Shown: positions 50,338 through 63,547 of the stretch, in pieces | Numbering within the stretch: position 1 is the stretch's first letter | Layout: every line of letters starts with the position of its first letter | Source: Chrysemys picta bellii | Taxonomy: Eukaryota | Reading direction: 5' to 3' | Length of the DNA: 64,000 bases | Assembly: GCF_011386835.1 (NCBI RefSeq) | Contig: NC_088797.1 | Span: 113,646,001-113,710,000 of the forward strand | The notes under the pieces: generated by a model | Told to the model about the DNA's origin: nothing | The model's database searches: none | What the model saw: the letters and a program-made list of their open reading frames with translations, nothing else | Position numbers and translations under genes: made by a program

Positions 50338-53300
50338 TCTCCCTGCTCAGTCTATGCCCAGTCCCAGCCTATCCCAATTGCAGGGAAAGTCTTGCTTAGC
50401 ATGATGAATGTAGATAGAGTCTTTGGGGAACTGAGCTGTGAAGCTCTAACAAGTCTCTACTGAGCATGTGCAAACTGAGATCTTTTCAAAGGCTTATAAC
50501 TTGCCTAAATTTGAGTACATTTACACAAGGATCAGAAAAATAACATTAGACAGAGTGCTAAACATGTCATCTTTGTTACCCTATCTGATTAGCCAGTGGC
50601 GTGGTTGCCTGAGTCATACAAGAGTAAGTGCCTGAGTAGTTTAGGAGTAATGATGCTATTCATCTGTGTTCAAATGCACATCAAGGTGTCATTTCTTGCA
50701 CATTTCTGCTTGGCAACATGTTGAGAATCTTATGATGTATAATCTGGAGAGGCCTGTTCTGACAGTTTTGATAGACATGAACTGGCATGCAGTATGTTTG
50801 CCTTTAAGGCCTTCTGTTAGAGCGGTGCATGCTGTCAGATTTTTTGACCCCTTCCTCATGTGCCTTTCTACTGGAGTATGCTTTTCTCAGACTTTAACAC
50901 ATCACCCCAGGAGTCATTTTCCCTATATGGGTATAAGGCACAGCATCCTTTCATGTTCTGCAGCATTCCAGGGGTGCAGCCAATGCCAAAAATAGAAGCT
51001 CCTGTCCTGACAACCAGAGGTGAGATGTTTTTATTCTGTAAATCAGAGCAAAAAAGTGTTACAGTTGCTGAACTGTGGAAGAGCCTGCATAGGAAACATC
51101 CACAGAAAATAATTGAACGTTATTAAGCAGAAGTTTATTTTTATGGCATTTATAAATGCATATAGGAATAAGTATATTGGACCAAATTATACTCTAAATT
51201 ACAGTACACTTGAGTAAATCTAAGCAGCTCTAACTTCAGTGGCATTATTCTGAATTTCCACTGGTGTAACTAAGGGGCAAATTATGACCAACTCATTCTA
51301 ACTAGACATGGGGATCTAAACTATAAACATCTGGAGCTGACCCTTCCCAAACTTGGGGAAAACTCACAACTGGCTCTGGATGGATTAGAATGTGGCAGTT
51401 GGGATTCATCTCTAATTTTAACTGGACTTTTGAGTTTACCTGGACATTTTCAGTTGCAGAACTTAGAAAGATAAAAAGTTAATATGATATAAATTTAGGA
51501 CCAACATGTTTGCCCTGTGAAGGCAGGTTAAAACAGCCACTTAACACCCTGTATTTCCCCTGGCAAAAAATGACAACGTGTTTCAATCACACTGACCTTT
51601 TTTAACCCTGCCCTCAAGAAAGATTTCAAAAAGATAAATGTTTTGCTTAACGATTTTTTTTCTCTGACTTACATCAGTTATATATGATTTATCTTTTAAT
51701 GTGTTAGACCCCAGCTCAGTGCTCTCGGCCCAACAAAATCTCTCACTGACTTCAGTGAAAGATTTTATCAGGACCAGAGGACTAAATTGAACTTTTTCCC
51801 TATGCATGGGATAAATACAAAATGAGTGTCTTTGACTGTTTTGTTTGTACTTCTTTCGTTGATACTGTAGCCATACTATTTTAGCAGAATGCTGTCTGCA
51901 GCATGATTTGAGAGACATTTGACCAATTAGTGCGACTGAGATATAGTGACTACCCATGTAAAAGGCAATGGAACATCAAATCTCCGGTAGCAGCTGTAGA
52001 TCCTGTTAATCTTTCTGTAATAGTGCCAAAATCACAAGTTATGTATGACTATGCAGGCTTAGCATCATTAGGCAGTCAGAAATAAAGAAGTTCCAATGTA
52101 AAACAGTTTTCTCTATGCTTTTGTGGCGGTGATACTTGTATTGTACGACTGCCCAGAGGCCCCAGTCGTGATCTGGGCCTTTTGTGCTGTACAAACACAT
52201 CTGAAGATACAATTCCTATCTCAAGAGCCTTATGTCTAGTTTGATTTAATACAGTACACAATAATGGTGAAAAACGTTAAACCTCATTTATGTATTTCAC
52301 AATATTTTTTTTTAAAGTAATGTTTCTGTTATCAAGCAATCCTACTTTTTCAATCACAGTACAATAAAAAACCCAATATTTCCTGTCAACTCTGCAATAT
52401 TATTGTTTGCTCCGTTTGCTACTTGTGCATTTTGATGACCACATGACTTTGTTGGAGATATTGTAAGCCCACATAGTATCACTATCTTTTATCGTGGCCT
52501 TTAGAAAGTAGCATCTCAGAATAACTATTAGTTGTTGTGTTTTTCTTTTTCTGTTGCGGAGAGCATTCTTTTTCTAATGTATAGATTCTAATGTGTTCAG
52601 TAATTTCAAAATACTGTTAGTTAAAAATATATTAATATTTTACATGTAAGTTTAGGCCTCAATTTTGCAAACACTTACATGCTTACCTTTGCCACCAAGA
52701 ATTGTCCATGAAATCAGTGGGGCTACTCATAAAAAGTAAATTTAAGACCTGTGTAAGTGTTTTCAGGATCAAGGCCTTACTTAGGAAGCAGCGGGAAAAT
52801 AAGATTATACTTAGAAATAAGGCCTTACTCGGGCCCTAATCTGGCAAATAGTTGTACCTGGGCAATATCTTTAAACATGTGAGTAATCTCACTGACTTCA
52901 ATGTTTGCAGGGCTGGACCTTAATGAGCAGATATAAGGTTAACATTACAGAATTTGTTACATAATTTGTTGATTTGTTTTCACTGGTAATTTACTATTCA
53001 TGCCAATATTATCATCATGATGTACAAAATAAATTCTTTCATTGGAAAATTTAAGAAAAGGGCTATTTTATTAGTGTATTTGAGAAGAATTCATGCAAAA
53101 TTCACATTGAAAAATGTTTGATTCTTTTTAGAAATGAACATAAATGGCATGCGGCTTGCAACAGTAACATCTTTGATGGCTTGGTGATGTTTTTTGAACG
53201 TTTGTCTCATTCTGGATAGGTACTGCGTTGCAACAACTTGAAGATCAAAAAGTTGATGTTGCTTATCTTACCTGCACCAAGACACTATGACATTCTTATC

Positions 53301-54976
53301 TTTGATCTTGCATAGAATGCATAGAAGTTTTCTTTCAATTTGTGATCATTTCATGTCGTTTAAATCAGAAATGGCATATAGTGATATGGAATATGATGAG
53401 TGTTGGAGCATTATCTAGACCTGGATGAGAAATCTGTTATCTTCTCTGGTAGCATGTATTGGCCTTTTGAGGTATGTTGTATTGCTGCAGTTTGTCATTC
53501 GTGCTTATTAACCCAGTTTTTCAGCTTTTGTTTTCGAGAAACTACAATACTAAGTTTCTTGCTTGCTCTGTCTGGGCTCTGTGCACAAGATCCAATACAC
53601 AGCCCCATGCAAGGTGACAGGATATAGCCATGATTTAAAATTCCACAATCATCATCATTTCATTAGCAGCACAGCATGTGACACAATAAAAGTGATGCCA
53701 TCTGACAATCCCGCTTCTTAATCAGACTCAGAAGAATTCTGAGACTGTCAGGGGATATATCCATTTCTGCTTCAGTAAATTCTGTGGATGGTCCCAAACC
53801 AAAAACTTGAATCCCAACACTCCAGAAGTCTGGGGAAGTTTCAATCTGAATCTGGATCAAAATTTGGTGACTCACATCATTGCTAAGAAATGCCTTTTTT
53901 CAGAATACACTCTGTGGTACTGAACCGCTCTGAACCATGGATACGTAACTGTGATAAAAGGCTCGGGGCAAAAAAGAATTGACTGAATCTTTCACTTTTG
54001 GGAGCTAGATGCTCAACATATGTGAATTTTTTTATTTGGACTATGCTTAAACATCATCTTCCTGAAAGCCAAACACTTGTCTACCTTTGGAAAGTATAAA
54101 TGTTCAATGTGACTCAGTAAGAATGCTTGGGACAAGCAAAGTAACAGATCTTTTGGGATGTCTATTCAAACTTGCCATGTAGGAAACATCATCTACCATA
54201 ATACCAGATACTGCAGCCTCTTAAAGTCACATCTAAATAAGCTCAAGCAGTTAATAACAAACTAGGCCACTGATAAAAGGTAGTGGGGAACTTTGTTGGC
54301 CCACACTGTTAGCAATTATTAGAACCAGGTTTAAAATGACTGTTGATTTTCTCAGCTTATTCAGAGCCTCTCTTATGTAAGAGATGGATCCTAGACACAT
54401 GTTTTCTGCCCTACCCCCCCCCTTCACCCCCCAAAAAAGTGCTGTGTGCTGATTAGCTGAGCCGTGAAACTGAAGCACGGATCTATTTATATTGTCCATA
54501 TTTAAATCCATTACATTGTAGACAGAATGGCTCTGCATAAAGAGGTAAACTGACTTCTGCACATTGTGAACACCTTTGATAAGTGTTGTTGCTGCAACCT
54601 GTTTGCCCAGTATGAAGACCTATCCCTTGAAAACACTTCATACATTTACATATAACAGAATTGACTAAACTCTCTAGAGACGTGTTGGCTGCAGTAAAGT
54701 CAGCTGATTGCTGATTCTGCAAAGTCAGATGTCACAAGGTTGTGAGTCTCTTAGTTTTCAGTACTGTATTGAAACAAAGCACTTGTCATTTGACCAGAAT
54801 GTCACTTTCCATTTAACAGACAGGGGTTTCTAGATTTCATGTGAATATGAATACTGGATTTCTGAGTGTGATTAAGACTCAGGTTGTAGGTAGATCTAAA
54901 AAGTTTGCTGCTGCAGCTGGCATGCACTAAACCTTTAGTGAAGTCTATGATGTTATACTGAATACTTACACATTTT

Positions 54977-55190
54977 AACAAGGAGTCCAGTGGCACCTTA
55001 AAGACTAACAGATTTATTTGTGCATAAGCTTTCGTGGGTAAAAATCCTCACTTCCTCAGTTGCATCTGAAGAAGTGAGGTTTTTTACCCACGAAAGCTTA
55101 TGCCCAAATAAATCTGTTAGCCTTTAAGATGCCACCAGACTCCTTGTTGTTTTTGTGGATACAGACTAACACTGCTATCCCCTCATACTT
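54977..55190. mobile_element. Inverted pair of Penelope-like terminal repeats
   Basis: ~85-bp arms (aacaaggagtc...cttcctcag / ctgaagaag...gactccttgtt) centred on TGCA at 55061-55064; the right arm continues gatacagactaacac. Confidence 0.7.
55062..55103 (+). ncRNA. Minimal hammerhead ribozyme motif (PLE type)
   Basis: GCAU CUGAAGA A GUGAGG UUUUUUA CCCAC GAA AGCU U AUGC: perfect 4-bp helix I, 5-bp helix II with bulged A, palindromic helix III. Confidence 0.62.
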
Positions 55191-56949
55191 ACAAATTTTG
55201 TAACCTTAGTCTATCAATGTAGTTTTTGATATTCTGAAACTTGAAAACTGTAACCCCAAGTCACCAGCGATCTGTTGCTGTTTAAGCAAAAAAAAACCCC
55301 ATGACTGTAGAATCAATGGTCAAAATGTTAACAGTCACAATGTTATCTTGGAGACATGTTATCTGAGTTATGTACTGCTCAATAAGATTTTCTTGCCATC
55401 TGTTAAAATAATTGATCAGCAAAATAGTATGCTGACGAATACAGTATAAATGCCTCAACAGATACATAGAATAAGATTTGGAGCTGGGTTCTGGTCTAAT
55501 TTACATGGAGGAAAATTCAAGAATAATTCCACCAGCTTCAGTGCAGTTACTCAATATTTTCATTGGAATCAGATCCCTGAAATTGAGATGAGGTTCAATA
55601 AAAACAGATGATTTTCAGAATTAATGTTGGGTCTGGAAAAAAATTGCATTTTTAACTAAGAATGCAGTGTAAAATTAGAGAGGACTCTACAACTAAATCA
55701 TCTGTCACTGAAATCTATGCAGGCATGGATGATAGAATGGAAACAAAAGTTTATAATAATGGAAGCAAAACGCTTAATAATACTCACAAGAGATGACAGA
55801 TTGTTGTATTGCATAACAAAAAGACCTCAAGGTATTAAAAGTGTCAATTTACAGTGTTTTCCATATCATGGTTACATGCCAGATTCTGACCTCAGTTCAA
55901 CTGATGTAAATCTCAGGTAACTCCACCAATGTCATTGATATTCTTCTCAATTTACATGGGTTGTAAATGAGATCAGAATGATACCACAGTGTTCTTGGCC
56001 TATAAAGTTATACAGATGGGCTAACTGAAGCTTTAGTTATTATACTTAATTGGATGAATGGCCTTCAAAGCTGTCAATAAACTGTGTGTTCACAGTGAGG
56101 TAATTAATAACGCTAGTTCTATTTGGTAATCATATAATTAGCCATTATTTTTTGAAACATGACATTGATGTCTTTATGCAGAGAAGTAATTGCAGGTTTC
56201 AGAAGAGGGTGTATGGCTTACCACCAATTCCCCACAAGTCACATCATCTTTGAAAACGGAATCTCAAAATCTATCATTCCGAATTCATAATTAGGATATT
56301 TTTCTAATAGCAAGTTAAATCATTACTGAAAGAAATTCCTATTTTTCTGTAAAAGAATAAGTAATGCCTCACTGATGAAGGAGGGTTTTAAAACTCAAAT
56401 AATGTTTTTGAGGAGTTTGACTGAACATATAGGTTCTTTAGAGTTACTGTATTGCAAGAGCTAAACAAAACTGTTATGGAGAACTTGCAACTGCACCATG
56501 TTGTTGTTTTGGTTTTTTTTTTGTTTTTTGTTTTCTTTAGTTCATCCTTGGATACCTGTTTACAGCATGAACAGAATCAAATGTGAATAATTAAGGACAT
56601 ACTCCTCTGCAGTATTTGTTCTCTAATTCAAAAGGATAAAATGGAGGGTTTAGCATTTGGCACAGTTAGCTACTCTCCGGAGGCTTGCACTGAAGGGCAA
56701 TGATAGAGGGAATGTCATTATTATCCTAGTTAAAATAATTGGCTTAAATGCTGTGAAGCAAAGCTGATATTTTGACATGATCAGATCAATATGGACCGTT
56801 ATATAAGTTGGTGCTTATTAAGGGTACATCACATTTAAAATAATAATAAATAGTATCAAGAATAGCATGGCCTGTCCATTGGGATAAAATATTTCCAAAG
56901 TCTTGTGTATATTTAATTTGTTCACCATTTACACTAGTTTACACCTGCA

Positions 56950-57290
56950 AATGACTCACGCCCCATGCCTCAGAGGAAGGCGAGGGTCCCTGCCAATCTG
57001 GCCTGGGGGAAAATTCCTTCTTGAACTCAAATATGGTGATCAGTTAGAACCTGAGCATGTGGGCAAGACCTTCCAGGCAGATACCTAGGAAAGAAATCTC
57101 TGGCACAATCTACTTTTTATAAAACGATATTGTATTTTATCCCAATTACTGTTCCCCTCTGTTCTTAACTACTTTTTCTTTCAAAATTTGTTCAGAATCT
57201 TGCATACAATTCAGGTCAAACTAGCAGGCCTGTAGTTTCCTGGATCACTTTTTCCTTTTCTTAAAAATAGGAACTATATTAGCAATTCAG
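56950..57290 (-). mobile_element. CR1-group LINE fragments (3' region and RT start) joined by a deletion
   Basis: Reverse strand gives cttgcccacatgctcagg...ggaattttcccccaggccagattggcag and an NYRPASLT-like segment at 57205-57250. Confidence 0.6.
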
Positions 57291-57310
57291 GAGTTGTAAC
57301 AAATGTGAAA

Positions 57311-57475
57311 TAGAATCATAGAATCTCAGGTTTGGAAGGGACCTCAGGAGGTCATCTTGTCCAACCCCCTGCTCAAAGCAGGACCAATCCCCAGACAGAT
57401 TTTTACCCCAGATCCCTAAATGGCCCACTCAAGGATTGAACTCACAACCCTGGGTTTAGCAGGCCAATGCTGAAA
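57311..57475 (-). mobile_element. Tortoise PolIII/SINE (tRNA-derived head, CR1-derived tail), 5'-truncated
   Basis: Minus strand reads gcattggcctgctaaacccagggttgtgagttcaatccttgag (B box)...gatgacctcctgaggtcccttcc...attctatgattcta. Confidence 0.9.
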
Positions 57476-57806
57476 TGCTAGTTTACCACAAGAGGTGTCA
57501 TCTCCTGCCTAACAAAAGAAGGCCTATAAACACCAGAAGCCATTGTGGAATATCCGTGGACAAAAGACTTTGTTGATTGCAACCCCTACACCCATGAAGA
57601 GGGGATGTGCACAAACCCTCCTTCCATTACAGTTTGAACTCTGGGGAAAGGGAATAAAAATCCCTGACCAGGAGAAACTGTATCACTATGCTGCTTGGAA
57701 TTTGGAGAGAATAATATTTCTAAGCATAAGTAAGAGATCCCCAAGCTGCTTAGCTTGGGTTAGCCTAGAGGACATATAGAGCTTGCATATTACAACAGCT
57801 TCTATC

Positions 57807-59696
57807 TAGGGCTGTCAATTAATCACAGTTAACTCATGTGATTAACTAAAAAAATTAATAGCAATTAAAAAAATTAATCGCGATTGATCACAGTTTTAAT
57901 CGCACTGTTAAACAATAGAATATCAATTGAAATTTATTAAATATTTTGGATGTTTTTCTGCATTTTCAAATATTTGATTTCAATTTACAACACAGAATAC
58001 AAAGTGTGTAGTGCTTATTTCATATTATTATTTTGTATTACAAATATTTGCACTGTAAAAATGATAAATTCACTTCATATAAGAACTGTAGTGCAATCTC
58101 TATCATGAAAGTGCAACTTACAAATGTAGACTTTTTTGTTACATAACTGCACTAAAAAACAAAACAATATAAAACTTTAGAGCCTACAAGTTTCACTCAG
58201 CCTACTTCTTGTTCAGCCAATCATTCAGGCCTGAGCTACACTGGGTGGGGGGATCGATCTAAGTTTCGCAACTTCAGCTACGTGAATAATGTAGCTGAAG
58301 TTGACATACTTAGACCTACTCACCTCGGTGTCTTCACTGTGGTGAGTCGACTGCTGCCACTCCCCCATCGACTCTGCCTGCGCCTTTTGCGGCAGTGGAG
58401 TACAGGGGTAGACGGGAGAGCACTCGGGGGTCAATTTATCACATCTAGACTAGACTCAATAAATTGACCCCCTCTGGATTGATAGCAGCCTGCCGATCCG
58501 GCGGGTAGTGTAAACATACCCTTAGACAAACAAGTTTGTTTACATTTACGGGAGATACTGCTGCCTGCTTCTTATTTACAATGTCACCTGAAAATGAGAA
58601 CAGTTGTTCACATGGCACTGTTGCAGCCAGCATTGCTAGGTATTTACATGCCAGATATGCTACACATTCATATGTACGCTCATGCTTTGGCCACCCTTAC
58701 AGAGGACATGCTTCCATGCCGATGATACTTGTTAATAAAATAATGCATTAATTAAACTTGTGACTGAACTCCTTGGAGGAGAATTGTATGTCTCCTGCTC
58801 TGTTTTACCTGCATTCTGCCATATATATTGTGTTATGGCAGTCTCGGATGATGACCCAGCACATGTTCGATTAAGAACACTTTCACTGCAGATTTGACAA
58901 AATGCAAAGAAGGTATCAATGTGAGATTTCTAAAGATAGCTACAGAACTTGACCCAAGGTTTAAGCATCTGAGAGGGACGAGGTGTGGAGCATGTTTTCA
59001 GAATTCTTAAAAGAGCAACACTCTGACATGGAAACTACAGAACCCAAACCACCAAAAAAGAAAATTAACCTTCTGTTGGTGGCATCTGACACAGATAATG
59101 AAAATGAACATGCATCGGTCCACACTGCCTGGCTTGTTATTGAGCAGAACTCTTCATTAGCATGGAAGCACGTATTCTGGAATGGTGGGCGGAGCATGAA
59201 GAGACATATGACTCTTTACTGCACCTGGCATGTAAATATCTTGCGACGCTGACTACAACAGTGTCATGCAAATACCTGTTCTCACTTTCAGGTGACATTG
59301 TAAACAAGAAGCGGGCAGCATTATCTCCTGTAAATGTAAACAAACTTGTTTATCTGAGCAATTGTCTGAATTGTTTTACATTGTTCTATTTCTGAGTGCA
59401 GTTATTTTTTGTATATAATTCTACATTTGTAAGTTCAACTTTCATGATAAAGAGATTGCACTACAGTACTTGTATTAGGTGAATTGAAAAATACTATTAC
59501 TTTTTTCTTTTTTACAGTGTAAATATTTGTAATAAAAATAAATATAAAGTGAACACTGTACACTTTGTACTCTGTGTTGTAACTGAAATCAATATATTTG
59601 AAAATGTAGAAAACATCCAAAAATATTTAAATAAATGGTATTCTATTATTGTTTAACAGTGTGATTAATCGCACACTTAATTTTTTTAATTACCTA
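57807..59696 (+). mobile_element. hAT element with long inverted arms and transposase C-terminal remnants
   Basis: Perfect 8-bp TSD cttctatc (57799-57806, 59697-59704); terminus tagggctgtc; IATELDPRFK motif and dimerisation domain LEWW...LACKYLA...FSLSGDIVNKKRAALSPVNVNKLV. Confidence 0.92.
58228..58521. mobile_element. PIF/Harbinger-type MITE nested in the hAT left arm
   Basis: Ends ggcctgagctacact / agtgtaaacataccc; flanks TCA / TTA; the hAT arm is continuous once it is removed. Confidence 0.8.
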
Positions 59697-59798
59697 CTTC
59701 TATCATCTTTTGAAGCCTATGATGGTGACTCATTTCTGTGTGTATGTTTACCTGCTTTAACCTTGTAAATAACACTCATTTCTTTTCTTAGTTAATAA

Positions 59799-61000
59799 AT
59801 CTTTAGTTGAACTGACCATTTATTCCTACCCTTTGTTTCCTATCTTTCAACCAGTTATTGATCCATAAAAGGACCTTCCCTATTATCCCCGGGCAATTTA
59901 GTTTCCTTAGGAGCCTTTGGTGCAGGGCCTTGTCAAATGCTTTATGAAGATCCAAGTACACTGTATCAACCGGATTACCCTTATCCACACGCTAGTTGAC
60001 TCCCTCAAAGAATTCTAATAGATTGGGGAGTCACGGCTTCCCTTTATAAAAGCCATGTTGTTAGGGTTGCCAACTCTCCGGAGTTGGCTGCGAGTCTCCC
60101 AGAATTGATCTCCAGATGGCTACTGAAAGCAATCTGGGAGATTTTAATAGGGCACTAAAAGTCCGAGTGGGGCTAAGGCAGGCTCTCTACCTACCCTGGC
60201 TCCATGCAGCTCCCAGAAGCGACTATCCTGTCCCTCTGGCTCCTAGGCGCAGGGGTGGCCACGGGTCCTTGGTCACTGCCCCAGCCCCGAGCGTCGGCTT
60301 CGCAGCTCCTATTGGCTGGGAACTGAGGTAGGTGCCGCCCAGCCAGAGCCCACACTCCTCTCTTCCCCCACACCTCATTCCCCTGCTTTAGCCCTGAGCC
60401 CTCTCCTACACGCAAACTCCCTCCCAGACCCTGAACCTCAGACTCCCTCCTGCACCCCAATCCCCTGCCCTAGGTTCAGCCTGGAGCCCCTTCCCACACT
60501 CTCGTCCGAGCCTGGTAAAAGTGAGTGAGGGTGGGGAAGAGCAAGTAATGGGGGAGGCGGGGTTGGAGTGAGCAGGGGCAAGGCCTTGAAGAAGGAGCAG
60601 GGAAGGGGTGTGGCTTCAGGGAAGAGGTGGGGCAGAGGGTGGGGCAAGGATGCTTGAGTTTGTGTCATTAGACAGTTGGCAACCCTACATGTTGACTCTC
60701 CCCCCAAAATCGTGTTTATCTATGTGTCTGAGAATTATGTCCTTTACTATAGTTTCTACCAATTTGCCCAGTACTGAAGTTAAGCTTACCAGTCTGTAAT
60801 TGCCAGGATCTCCTCTGGAGCCCTTTTTAAAAATCAGCTTTACATTAGCTATCCTTTGGTCATCTGGTACGGAGGCTGATTTAAGCGATAGGTTACATAC
60901 TACAGTTAATAGTTCTCTAATTTCATATTTGAGTTCCTTCACAACTCTTGGATGAATACCATCTGGTCCTTGTAACTTTTGACTGTTTAGTTTATCAATT
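59799..61000 (-). mobile_element. CR1 LINE RT fragment split by a hAT MITE
   Basis: GDPGNYRLVSLTSVLGKLVE and VYLDLHKAFDK...WLKDRKQRVGINGQF on the minus strand. Confidence 0.9.
60062..60687. mobile_element. Non-autonomous hAT element
   Basis: TIRs tagggttgccaac / gttggcaacccta; 8-bp TSD catgttgt / catgttga. Confidence 0.88.
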
Positions 61001-61041
61001 TATCTTCTAACTGGATTATTATATATTGTATAGAGTATCAT

Positions 61042-61308
61042 GGTCATACTTTATTTTAAGGTACATTTATAAATACTTTATAAAAGATTAATAAATGATT
61101 ATAAGCACATTACAGACATGAATAGTTTGTGTTAGATGGTTATAAGCACATCAGTAAGAAGGCATTTATAATTGATTATTATAAACCATGGCTATAAGCA
61201 ACCTGTTGGACTCTCTAACAATGAATTAACCGTTTATTACAATATCTATTAACTAGTTATTCATAATTTATAAACTTTCTGAATGTTTCTTTAATATTAA
61301 ATGTGACC
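61042..61308. mobile_element. AT-rich non-autonomous DNA transposon (possibly Harbinger-like)
   Basis: TIR ggtcatactttattttaag versus reverse complement ggtcacatttaatattaaa (14 of 19); interior of ttataa-type repeats; no clean TSD. Confidence 0.45.
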
Positions 61309-63547
61309 ATTATCACTGTTGTTTATTGTATATGAACAACCAGAGATCTTTGGGTATTTGGATGTTAAATATTAAATGTATTAACCACTTAGGGCCAGAA
61401 TGAGATCCATACTAGGCACCTGCATGGGAGGGCAAAGGGAATTAAGGTACTCTCTTACATTTTGGGCTCACTACTGTATCATGGGTGGTAGCTTCTGTGG
61501 GGCCACTATCCACGCTCCCGTGCATGTGAGCAGGGAGTGGTGAGCAGTAGATAAGGAATGGGTGGAGACAAGACTCTGCCCTCCCCAAAGCACCACAGCT
61601 GAGACAGAACAGCAGGGGAAGTAATCTGGGCTAGATAGGAATCCGGTACAGATTAGTTCCCTCTGCCCAAAGCAAGGCGGAACCACGAATCATATTGTGA
61701 CTGAGTCACAATCTGGTTCCTAGTCTGCTTCTGGGGCTGCATAAATAGGGCTGCCCCTTGCTTGTGGCTGTAGCAAAATCACAATTTAAGATTTGTTATT
61801 AATTAGGCCCCACTCTTGAAAAAAATTTACACATATGCCTATCTTTACTACTGTGAGCAGTTTCATGATCGTAAAGTATATGCATAAGTGTTTGCAGAAT
61901 TGGAACCTTAGTGATTATTTTATAAGTCCTCTGTCATGTAATATTAATCACACACGTGCTTATAAAAATTGCTTTTTTTGCTTTGTATATTTTATGTAAA
62001 AATGTGTTACTGTGAAGTCTACTGGTGTGTTTCCCCCTGTAACAATTAACAGGAATCTGTTTTCATGAGCTTATTCAAAGCACAGATCCTTTTTTTAAAA
62101 ATACTTAAAAGCCGTTTTTGGTATTAGCCTAAAACCATCCTACTTATCAATGTCTATGACAAACAGTGAAGTTCTGCTGTGTGGTATTTAAGTTAAACAA
62201 ACCAATACAAGTTGAATAAAGTTTGCAGATCAAGACAGTGCTTGTCTTTTCTTTCAGGCCTTAGCCAGGCTGATAAAATCAGAAACTTTTCAATCCTTTG
62301 GATTTTCAAGTAGAAAAAGAGAGACTAAATTTAGACATGGATGCCTCTCGCTCAGCCTACTGACCCTGAACCAAGTGATTGTAGGTTGCACTGACAAGAG
62401 CCCCATTGTCCTTTTCATTAATCAAACCCACTGAGCCAGGTAAATCTTTAAACAAGATGAATGGGCAGCATTTTTAAAAAGTAAAATAATTCACTAGAAT
62501 TTGGATGTGTTTCTCTTTAATTAGTTTGATGAGCACAAAAGTCTGAGGCCTTGTCAAACACCCAGTATTAACTTATGATACTGACCTAGGGAATGAAACA
62601 CTGCAGAGGTAGGAGAATGGGCAGGTGAAACTTAGCTGAATAAGAGACCTTTTCTGTTTAAGCCTTTTCTCCAGATGAAAAGAATCATTACCACAATGAT
62701 ACTTCTAATTATACTGTCATTAGGATACTGCTGCAGTTTGCTATGGTGCGTGAAGCCCTGCTTTCTTCAACAACATGATCCAAAAAAGGGTTGAAGCCAT
62801 GAAAAATGTCTTGAGGCACTTAACCCTTTAGATGAAAATAAATATAAATATTCAGGCCAACTAAAAGACTGCAGCTTATTTTAATTTTTTTAATATTTCA
62901 AAGTCAATTTCATCCTATTTTCCTCCTATTCATTCATTATATTTTCAAGGTTCTCACACCAGTCAAAGGTGTTTAACAATGATTGGCAAAACAATTTGTA
63001 AGTGAAAAATGTACGACCACCTCATTTGTGACCAAAAGAGATCCAGTGTGTCAGAGTAATGGTCTTGTTCACAGTGTAATTGAAGGGGAGCTAATACACA
63101 TTTTATAGCCTTTAGAATTGTACTTGTAACTTAGGAGCCTTTGCATGTTGGCTGGTTAGTTTGAGTTGAGGTTCATAATAGTGAGCTGTTGACCAAAACA
63201 TACAAACAGTCGGATATGCTGGTAACACTTTAAGCTACAGTCCAGGGCATTGCTTAGTGGAGATTGCTTTTTCAAAACAAGGAGCAACTGTTTTGTCTAT
63301 GAACAGAATGTTTTTTATATGTTTTATTATGTCTTTTAAACTACAGAGGACCCCAGAATAAACATTCAAATCCAAGCTTCTTGTCTTTGTAGGTTTAGGG
63401 ACTCGGATTTGAATTCGCACCTATATTTTTGATGCCAGGTCAAATCCCAAACTGTAGAAAGCTTGTATTCTGGACCAGGTTCAGATGCAGCCCAAGATGG
63501 CAAAATTTACGCAATATCACCTGCTTTCATGAATCCCAGGCACTGCT

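Larger units (their letters stand above)
57290..59798. mobile_element. LTR remnant split by a SINE and a hAT insertion (LTR sequence at 57290-57310, 57476-57806, 59697-59798)
   Basis: LTR-like sequence resumes across the hAT TSD cttctatc and the SINE TSD tgaaa. Confidence 0.55.

Noticed and set aside
53160-53320. TCF/LEF site cluster (CTTTGAT twice)
   Set aside because: Only two exact sites in AT-rich DNA; not distinguishable from chance without conservation data.
57420-57475. tRNA gene
   Set aside because: Only the B-box half is present, and it is fused to a CR1 tail; this is a SINE head.
58983-59395. Host gene ZBED1
   Set aside because: A frameshifted fragment inside a TSD-flanked hAT element.
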